DNA of 64,000 bases from Eledone cirrhosa (Eukaryota). The stretch covers positions 66,712,001 through 66,776,000 of the forward strand of contig OZ024740.1 of NCBI GenBank assembly GCA_964016885.1. The letters are read 5' to 3'. A program made the position numbers and the translations under genes. Each line of letters opens with the position of its first letter. Position 1 is the stretch's first letter. Below the pieces are notes generated by a model. It made no database searches, was not told the origin of the DNA, and saw only the letters and a program-made list of their open reading frames with translations. Of the stretch, positions 54,401-64,000 are shown in pieces.

Positions 54401-54542
54401 ACAATATATAAACTGTTTTATAAATAATTTTGACGTACCATAAATATGAGCGACCATTAAGGTAAGAAGCCAGCTTCCTACCTTAATGGTCGCTTATATT
54501 TATGGTACGTCAAAATTATTTATAAAACAGTTTATATATTGC

Positions 54543-54606
54543 ATTTTATCTGACGAAGGCATGCCATATTTTTAATATGGTATCCCTGAAATATGTATAA
54601 TGAAAT
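54543..54606 (+). ncRNA. Hammerhead ribozyme, plus-strand arm of palindrome
   Basis: ATTTTAT-CTGACGA-AGGCATGCCATATT-TTT-AATATGGTATCCCT-GAAA-TATGTA-TA-ATGAAAT. Confidence 0.87.
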
Positions 54607-54704
54607 AAATATGGTTTTATAAATATAGTTTCCATTTGTATAATATCGTATATATATATATATATATTTTAAAGAATAGAGGTGTAAAACACGAGTTGTG
54701 ATAT

Positions 54705-55030
54705 ATTGGTAAAAGGAAAAGAAAATGCTTACACATTGTTCCCAGCGAAAAAAATAGTTTAATTGGGAATAAGTATAAATTAGTAATAAGTATTGGTTAG
54801 TATTCAGTTTTAGTTTTAAGTTTTTACCGGATGCGCATTTTTAATGCTCTTCAAAAATAATTTTGAGATTAGATCAAACATCACGGGCGCTCTATCTCAA
54901 AATTATTTTTGAAAAGCATTAGAAATGCGCAACCGGTAAAAACTTAAAACTAAAAACTAACCAATACTTATTACTAATTTTTGCTTATTCCGAATTAAAC
55001 TATTTTTGAGTGGGAACAATTTGTCAGCAT
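54705..55030. repeat. Fold-back (inverted dimer) of the Neptune pLTR
   Basis: 54705-54873 is an imperfect reverse complement of 54891-55030. Confidence 0.85.
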
Positions 55031-55121
55031 GTTCTTTTCCTTTTACCGATATATATATATATATCTTACATATATATACATAAATATATATATATTTATA
55101 TACATATATATAAATACATAT

Positions 55122-55182
<61 letters not shown>

Positions 55183-55211
55183 TATAAATATATATATATA
55201 TATATTCATAT

Positions 55212-55306
<95 letters not shown>

Positions 55307-55730
55307 ACCCAGCAAAGCCTCAGCCGGATGGCTGTAACAGGTAAAAAAAGAGTAATATATATATATATATATATATATATAAACACACAGATACATGCGG
55401 ACACACACATATACATGAATGCATCGGCACCCAACCGTGAGTTAAGGGTGCCAACTTCACCGATGTTGCTCAATGAATGACTGGGACAGACCAATCCGGT
55501 TGAACTAGACTGAACCAGTATCAGAGTTAAAAATACATTATGAAGAGAGAAGAAGCATTTAGATATAATTAGTAATAAAATGTATCATACCTAAACTGCT
55601 CCTAGATTACGTAGTTTCGTGGCATAAACAAAACAATACATCATAAAGATATAGAGTCCTCCCCCTCCGCCTTTTGGGATTCTTTCTCACGTCGTGTAGA
55701 CGCGTTCTTGAGACTAGTAAAATGAGGTAT

Positions 55731-55818
55731 CCTCTTGATAAGTCGGCAGACCTCGCAAGGACTCTATATCTTTATGATGTATTGTTTTCCTTTATGCCAC
55801 GAAACTACGTAGTCGAGG
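55731..55818 (+). ncRNA. Hammerhead ribozyme with U3:A8 core and long stem II insertion
   Basis: CCTC-TTGATAA-GTCGGCA..TGCCAC-GAAAC-TACGTA-GTC-GAGG; GUC site, palindrome ACTACGTAGT. Confidence 0.78.
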
Positions 55819-56323
55819 AATCTAGGAGCAGTTTAGGTATGATACATTTTATTACTAATTATATATAAATGTTTCTTCTCTCTTCATAATGTATTTTTAA
55901 CTCTGATACTGGTTCAGTCTAGTTCAACCGGATTGGTCTCTCCCAGTCATTCATTGAGCAACATCGGTGAAGTTGGCACCCTTAACTCACGGTTGGGTGC
56001 GGATGCATTCATGTATATGTGTGTGTCCGCATGTATCTGTGTGTTTCTAAATATATTCTTAATAACTCCGTCTGGTCGAGCAATCTTTGAAGCGTGGGGA
56101 CTGCTGGAAAGCTTCCATTACTCATACTTATCGCCCCCTTCACCACCTCTTCTACGGCTTCGATATAAATACCCCCTCCGCCTCCGTGGTATTTTCTTCG
56201 GGGTTATAAGAGGCTTAGCTCTGTCTCTCGACCGTTATATCGCGTGACTGTCTCCCCCTCCGCCTTTTGGGATTCTTTCTCACGTCGTGTAGACGCGTTC
56301 TTGAGACTAGTAAAATGAGGTAT

Positions 56324-56411
56324 CCTCTTGATAAGTCGGCAGACCTCGCAAGGACTCTATATCTTTATGATGTATTGTTTTTGTTTATACCACGAAACTA
56401 CGTAGTCGAGG
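56324..56411 (+). ncRNA. Second tandem copy of the U3:A8 hammerhead
   Basis: Direct repeat of 55731-55818 at 593-bp spacing. Confidence 0.75.
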
Positions 56412-56478
56412 AATCTAGGAGCAGTTTAGGTATGATACATTTTATTACTAATTATATCTAAATGTTTCTCCTCTCTTC

Positions 56479-56520
<42 letters not shown>

Positions 56521-56748
56521 TATATATATTTATGTCTTAGGCAAACCTTTTAGGTAGATTAACGTATATATGATTCGTGCACCATTGACTACCCCTTTGA
56601 ATCCTACTGCAATTTTTCACGGGCCTATTAATGATTCTGCACGTATTTGCTCAACTGCTAGAAACGTCAATCAGTGATTAAATGGCTTTCATCATTAATC
56701 TGTTTCTCTTTTTCGGACTTAAACATCAATGCTGCGGCACCACTATTA

Positions 56749-56873
<125 letters not shown>

Positions 56874-57276
56874 TGGTAAACGGAAAAGAAAATACTGACA
56901 AATTGTTCACAGTGAAAAATAGTTTAATTAGGAATAAGTGAGAATTAGTAATAGTATTGTTTAGTATTCAGTTTTGGTTTTTAGTTTTACCGGTTGCGCA
57001 TTTCTAATGCTTTTCAAAAATAATTTTGAGATAAAGCGTCCGTGATGTTTGCTCTAAACTGATTAGTTTTGGAAATTCTACCTGTTTTTATGTTAAAAAA
57101 GTGGCTCCAGCGGTATTAAAATAAGTTTTGCGCCAATTCGTGTTGCAAAAATTGTGGTCAAAACAATTTTGACTGGTCGGTAGAGGTCATGTGAATGTTA
57201 ATAATTGATTTTGCGCCAAATGTAGGTTTGTGTCGGCTGATTGAGAAGTCACTGAAAAATAAGTCTTTCAAAACAA

Positions 57277-57360
<84 letters not shown>

Positions 57361-60205
57361 TAGTAGTAAAGAGGTTCGTTGTTGTGATAATGGTCAGCAG
57401 GGATGTGTGTGCGTACCGCAGCCTGTTGACAGTTCAAATGCCTATTAAGACAAGTGTGTGTGTGTTTGTGGTAGAGGGATGGACAGTAGGAATGTGTCTG
57501 TAAGTGTGTGGGGGATATTTTAACATGTTAACAGATATTGTTCAGCTCTTGTCTTATACGGAGAAGTGTGTGTGTGTGTGTGTGTGCGTTCGTGCGCATA
57601 CACGTGTGTGTGTGTGAGAATGTGTGTGTGTGGGGGTTGGGGGGGACCAGTAATTAGTTTTGTGATACTGGTGAAATGGTGTACATTATTCGATATTTTC
57701 AGTAAAATCGATTCTCTCAATAGAACATGAAAAACCTTAATAATAAAAGGTGTGTAATGATATATAGTATTGGCATAATACCAAGGTGTGTGTGAGTGTG
57801 TCCAGATTGTACGTACTGCAAGGGGAATCCATTAGGCCTTGCTGTATTGGAATACCTGTGTACAAATATGTATCTGGAGTGTGCCCAGAAATTGTATACC
57901 TGTGTACAAATTATATACTTGTGTACAAATATGTATCTGGAGTGTGTCCAGATTGTATTACTGCAAGGGGAATTCATTAGGCCTTGCCGTATTGGAATAT
58001 TTGTGTACAAATATGTATGAGCCCATGAGTGTGCAATGCATGTGTGCGTTTATGTATGTGTTTGTGTCGGCACGTTTATATCTATAGACATCAAAAAGTA
58101 TGCAAATTTGTGTATATTTGTGTTGCACCATAGAACATGTGTGTTTACGTATGTCATTCTGTTTATATGTGGGTAGAGATGTATGCTGATGTAGGTATGT
58201 ATGTTGACGTGTGTATGTTGTGGGTTCGTCTTAGGGAGAAGTGTTTAGACGGGTTCCGTATTTGTTAATAAAGTAAGATTCCTTGCTGATGCGCTGGGTT
58301 TGGGTGGCATTATCTTTAAACTTGTAGAGGGGAAAGATTCTGAAGTTGGGATGATTTTGGGCGGCCCTGGTATCAATGTGTCCACTCAGTGGTATTTTCC
58401 TGTATTCCCGTATTTTAATTTTGGATCTATGGACAGTCATGCGTTGGCGGATGGTGTTTTTGGTCTGGCTTATGTATTGTTCTCGACAACCTGAGCAAGT
58501 TAATACATATATTAGATTTTCTGATGCGCATGTGAAATTGTGTTTTACTATAAAACGTTGTCCTTCTTTGAAATAGAATTCCGAACCCTCTATTAGGTTG
58601 ATGCATATGCCACAGTTGGGTCTATCGCATTTTTTTTGCTGTGGGTTTCGTTGTTGTGGTTGGCAGTACTTTGGCCTGTGTTAGGATGTTTTTCATTGAC
58701 TTAGATTGTCTTTTGCTCTTTATGATATCGTGTGTTCGTAGGATTTGGTTCATTCTATGGTCCTTTTTCAACACAGGGATGTTCTGGAGGATGGTGTCAA
58801 ATGCCTCATTGTTGAGGGGGTTGTGTGTGGAATTGTATGGAAGAGCTCTAGTTTCGGTTGATTTACTTTAGGGTGTCTAAGGTCCTGAGTACTGAGTTTT
58901 AAGGCACGTTGGATTCCATTTCAATTAGTGATGCAGGGTAGTCCCTGCCTATGAGTGTGTCCTTTAGTTCTTGTAGCCGCAAGTAGCAGGAGTTTTTATT
59001 GGAGACTATAGTACAGATTATCTTGGCTAAGTTGTAGGGAATATTAATTTTAACGTGTCTAGGGTGGCAAGAGTTGAAAGGAAGATATTGCTTGGAGTCT
59101 GTGGGCTTGTAATATATGTCTGTTTCTATTTTTTTGTTATGGATCTTAATGAGGATGTCGAGGAAGGGGAGTTGTTGATGGCTGTATTCCATCGTGAAGT
59201 TAATATTCGTGTTGAGCTCATTTATAAGGGTGTGAAATTCTTTAAGTTTCTCGATGTTTTCGTGCCAAAGGATGAAGCAGTCATGTAGATATCGCTTCCA
59301 GTTCCTTTCTATGTGTAAGTGGAGAGTGTTTCCAAATTTGTTTAGGACTTTAGTGTAGAAGGTGATTTCCAGGTATCCCATGACTGGGTTGGCATAAGTG
59401 GGGGCTGTTTTCGTTCCAATGGTGGTCCCAGATTTCTGCCTGTAGGGTTTGTTATTGAAAACGAAGTAATTGTTCTCCAAGATAAATTTGAGTCCATCTA
59501 TCACGAATTCTTTTTTGATGCGTTGTGGGAGTTCATTGTGGTAATTATCTAGCCAGAATTGGATAGCTTCTATTCCTAGGTTGTGGGTGATGTTGGAGTA
59601 TAGGTTGACTACATCGAACGTCACTAGTAGGGTTTGTTCAGAAATGGGCATATTAGGGAGGTGATTGAGCATATCTAGGTCGTCCCTTATATAGCTTTTG
59701 ATGTGTTTGAGAAAAGGCTTGCGAATGGTATCAATGAAGTTGCTAAGGCGGTGGGTTTCGCAAGCGGGGCCTGATATTACAGGTCTTAATTTGAGATCAT
59801 TGGGTGAGGGGACATTGATGACTATGTCTGTGGCTTCCTTGCATGCATTACTTATTAATTCGCTTTTATGTACTTTAGGGATACCGTAGAAAAGGCTGGA
59901 TTTACTTGTGAAGTCTGTGATGAGGCTGAATTCCTTGTTAGTGAGTCCTTCTTTGTATTGGTTGATCAGAGTTTTTAGGTTTCTCATAATTTTCTGTTGA
60001 TTGTAGTGTTCAGCCTTTTCGTAGTATGTTTCGTTTTCCAAAGTGGAGAGCGCTAAGTTGATATAGAATTCTGTCTCCATTAGGACTACTGTACTCCCTT
60101 CATCAGCCCTTTTAATTGTAATGGTTCTGTCGGTTTATAATCTATTTAATTCTTCCCATTCTTTCTTGTTTTAGGTTTGGCTTGTGTTTTGTCTGTGCAA
60201 GTGTT
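56874..60205 (-). mobile_element. Neptune-like PLE, 5'-truncated, RT + GIY-YIG + 1.35-kb 3' UTR/pLTR
   Basis: ADKG, FYGIPKVHK, LRPVIS, VTFDVVNLYSNI, GTKTAPTYAN, RYLHDCF, PFLDILI, then GIY-YIG; bounded by (TA)n. Confidence 0.95.
58231..60170 (-). pseudogene. PLE reverse transcriptase / GIY-YIG ORF with frameshift at ~58920 and YLDD>YLHD
   Basis: 393-aa open RT segment (58899-60080); endonuclease continues in another frame to TAA at 58231. Confidence 0.92.
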
Positions 60206-60227
60206 GGTATATATATATGTATATATA

Positions 60228-60441
60228 TTAAAATAACAGATTAAAGTTTAAGCAAAGAATTGCAGCTTTCGCCCTTACCGGGATCTTCTGAAACTACAAA
60301 AGTCAATCTGTGAACGCAGAAGTAAATCCTTCAAAAAACGTTGCAGCCAAAGTAAGACAGATTGACTTTTTTAGATTCAGAAGATCCAGTTAAGGGTGAA
60401 AGCAGCGATTCTTTGCTTAAACTTTAATCTGTTATTTTAAT
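60228..60441. repeat. Fold-back module with two opposed CAGAAGA hammerhead-like motifs
   Basis: Arms 60228-60310 and 60358-60441; motifs at 60245-60295(-) and 60373-60423(+). Confidence 0.8.
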
Positions 60442-60530
60442 AAATATTTGGTCTACGGTTCTTATATATTTGATATATATTTAACCTTATCGAGCCCCCA
60501 TTGAATTTTAATCTTCAAATTTATTATTAT

Positions 60531-60572
<42 letters not shown>

Positions 60573-61044
60573 GGGGTGCCACAGCATTGGCTCATCCTAT
60601 CGGCTGGAACACGTAATAGAGAAGTAATATATGAACTCACTGTTGAAGTTTAAGTCCGAAAAAGAGAAACAGATTAATGATGAAAGCCATTTAACCTCTG
60701 ATTGACGTTTCGAGCAGTTGATCAAATACTTGCAGAATCACTAATAGGCCCGTGAAATATTCCAGTAGTATTCAAAGGCGTAGTCAATGGTGCACGAATC
60801 ATATATACGTTAATCTACCCAAAATGTTTGCCTAAGACAAAATGTCGCACTTGAAGTATTTTATTTTTTCTTCGACTATAACCACTGACTATAGATACAA
60901 GTCTCATTTTTCGTGAAAGCAGCGATTCTTTGCTTAAACTTTAATCCGTTATTTTAATAAATATTTTCTCTAGGGTTCTTATATATTTGATATATATTTA
61001 TCCTTGTCGAGCCCTTGAATTTTAGTCTTCACATTTATTATTAT

Positions 61045-61100
<56 letters not shown>

Positions 61101-62482
61101 GACAGCAATATGCATATGGAGAGTAGTGTGCTGATAATCATGAAATATATTTAAAACAGTATTTCAGTTTGAACGCATATAATATGTGCTCATAACATAA
61201 AATCCCGAAGAAAATAAGGTTAATCCAATAACATCAATTAATGAAAGGTTCGGGAAGCACCATCAATGCAGTCAGGAGTAAACACTGCTCTATTGAGAAC
61301 AGGTGTTAACAACGGACTGTTTTGGTCGGATTAGATAACTTAAATTAAGCATACTCATATCATTTATTTCAATGTAGTGTTATTAAATTTAGAAACGTAT
61401 AGAAGGTGCGGGAATCAATTAAATAATACTTATTGCTATGTATATTGCAAAATCTAATGTTATAATTTCCGGTTTAAAAATCATGCTGTGGGAATAGAAA
61501 CAGGTGTTAACGAATACTTTTATTTGTTGTGTATGAAACCAGAATCTCCGAGGCATGAGCAATCGCATCCACTTTCGGTGGTTAAGAGGTGGACGCATCT
61601 CCAAGCCGTCTGGGATCTGGGGATGGAGTGGCAGTGTTGTTTAGGTGAGGTCTGGATCTCGACTGAGATGTAGTCGTTGGGCAAAAAGAAACCGAGGCTG
61701 GAATGTTGTCAGGCACACAATCCCTTTTGTAGGACAGTGCGGTCAGTGGATATTTTATCCAAAAGTTCTATATAGATCTCTTGGCGGGTATATGTGACGA
61801 CGTTCTTGAAGTGTCTCTTGTCGTCGACGAAATCGAACTAACTATTCTAATTCGGAGAACTTTCAAACCGGGGACTATGGACATCTTCCTGGAATACTTC
61901 GCTTGGTGGTTCTACTGGAGGGTACTACTAGACGGTACTACTAGTAGTAGTACTGGGGGGGAGGGGGGTACTACTACTACTACTAGTAATAGTAGTAGTA
62001 GTAGCAGCAGCATTGGTTGTACTCAATTTCCTTAAGCAAAATACCATGGTATTTTTGATATACATTAAACGAAATGGATATTTTAAAAGCTATTTCGGTT
62101 GAATTTCCGTTTTGTGAACAAAGGAAATGATTTTTCCATGCAGAGTAAAATGAAACATTTACGAGACATGTTTTCTTCGTTAGATTATTAATATTCACAG
62201 CTATATCGCTACTATCAATTCATCTAACAGTTCGAGTTAGAAGAACAGACGATTCAAATTGTCAGTGCATGGAAAATAAATGAATTTTTTTTTTTTTTTA
62301 CAAACTAATCAAATTGAGTGTTAGACAACTGAAAGACAAAATCTTAAAAAGTTAGATGCATAGATCAATCAATTAATCGATAGATAGACTACTATAAAAT
62401 TAGCGTTTTAGGTCGTAGGAGTTTTTGAGGACTTTCGAGAATAAGTGGGTGAAGAAGAAGAGAAGGTAGTTATACAATTAGG

Positions 62483-62513
<31 letters not shown>

Positions 62514-63309
62514 TGGTGGGTGTATGTGTGTATGTGAGAGAGAGAGAGAGAGAGAGAAAGAGAGATCGTGTGTGTGTGTGTGTGTGTGTGTATGTAAGGT
62601 AAACAGAAATAACAACGCAATCGCAACAGTACATGGAAGGAATATATTAGTTTAACGTTTGAAATAGCAAGAAGAGGGTCTAGTCCTTGAACAGAAGAAA
62701 GAATAAAAAATTAGTAAGATTGAAGGGTGAAATCGGAAAAAATGTGTTTCGAGAAAAATATCTGGTTCATTCATGTTGCAATCTTTTTAAAAACTGCTGA
62801 TGCTGGCGTTTAGTGCATGATATACATCTTTAGAAAGTAGCTATGAAAGGTAGAGGTGTATGTCAATATTTAGTTGGTCCCTATCACCTGTAAGAGAACC
62901 ATGGGAAACTAGGGATTATATATATATATACATGTGTGCGTGCGTGCGTGCGTGTGTGCAGAGAAGAAAACATATCACAGAATGAGAAGATCGTATAAAA
63001 AGAATGAAACTAGAATGAAGAGGCACAGAGATGAAGAACTAATATCATTGGGGAAGTCATAGAATCTGTGACGAAACTAATTTGACTAAATAACCAATAA
63101 CAACTAGAAATAAAACTAAAGTAAATGTGAAATAGTACGTGTATTTTTATTAGCATAATTGGAAATATGGCCATCCCCAAATATAATAATATTTGTTTCA
63201 ACACACGATTACAAATCATAATTCTTGCAAAACAAATACATACGTGCACACTCACGCAGCGGAGGCACACATAGGCACACGCTTACACATAGTTAGACAC
63301 ACACACAAC

Positions 63310-63349
<40 letters not shown>

Positions 63350-63490
63350 TACGTTATTCCGGGTTGAATCGGAGGTAACCACAGTAAGTAAGGTACTCAA
63401 TACATAGTAGAGTATAACAGTTTTAATATAGATGAGATTCAACAGGACTAGAACTGTTTCATTCTTTAGAATGAAACAGTTCTAGTAGTA
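63350..63490 (-). mobile_element. Solo PLE pLTR fragment ending in a hairpin at the HHR
   Basis: CTAGAACTGTTTCATTC-TTTA-GAATGAAACAGTTCTAG; minus strand GAAAC-AGTTCTA-GTC; related to 2935-3000. Confidence 0.6.
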
Positions 63491-64000
63491 TATATATACA
63501 TACATACATGCACACATATATATATATGTACGTATGGGTTTACCGAACATTTATTATAATGCTCGGTTTGTTTGTAAAAAAACAGCCCAAATTATTAGCC
63601 GTACAGTGTTCGACAACCATCGTTGCCATTTTGTTCAACACTGACAAAGGAACGATGAACTAGTTTCTAGCTTATTAGCTGTCATCAGCACCGTATACCT
63701 TCTTGTCAGTCGGTTGAACGTTTGAAAGTATATACTTTCCTCATGCATATTAACGGCTGAGCAGCCTAATTTGCATATCGAGTGAGTTAGTCAGCCGGGT
63801 GTACCGAAAACGATAAATGCATGTATGTATGTGTATACATACTACTCTACGCCTGTATACATATATGTATGTACGTATACATACTTATATTTAAGTATCA
63901 GCCGTACTAAGAGTGAGAAATGGAATTTCATTTTATATGTATATATATATGTATATATATACATATATATACATACACATATATATATATATATATATAT

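Noticed and set aside
58899-60080. RT as telomerase, retron or group II intron RT
   Set aside because: Followed by Cys linker and GIY-YIG with multiple related copies; typical PLE
61400-61920. GC-richer segment possibly a LINE ORF1 remnant
   Set aside because: No motif recoverable with confidence

Overview
Very AT-rich, microsatellite-saturated eukaryotic (animal) DNA. The (TA)n/(TG)n load, Meta-domain and CORE SINEs, RTE and Penelope-like elements suggest a coleoid cephalopod (Octopus-like) genome; this is inference. No host protein-coding exon could be supported, and most long ORFs in the track are microsatellite artefacts. The window is a nest of mobile elements: at least 8 coding remnants of Penelope-like retroelements (PLEs; Nematis-like, Neptune-like, Poseidon-like; RT + C-terminal GIY-YIG), RTE, Tx1/L1-like and Ingi-like LINE fragments, a decayed full-length mariner, a non-autonomous Helitron, a Helentron/DINE-like tandem array, a TIR element carrying a LINE ORF1 PHD fragment, and SINEs. 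The strongest hidden signal is about 20 minimal type-I hammerhead ribozyme (HHR) motifs from roughly a dozen sequence families. They lie in PLE pseudo-LTRs and in short non-coding modules embedded in (TA)n, usually have palindromic stem III, are often folded back as head-to-head palindromes, and include recurrent non-canonical cores (UUGAUAA/UUGAAAA with U3:A8 covariation, CAGAAGA, GCAA for GAAA). All folds were read by eye; none was computed or tested.
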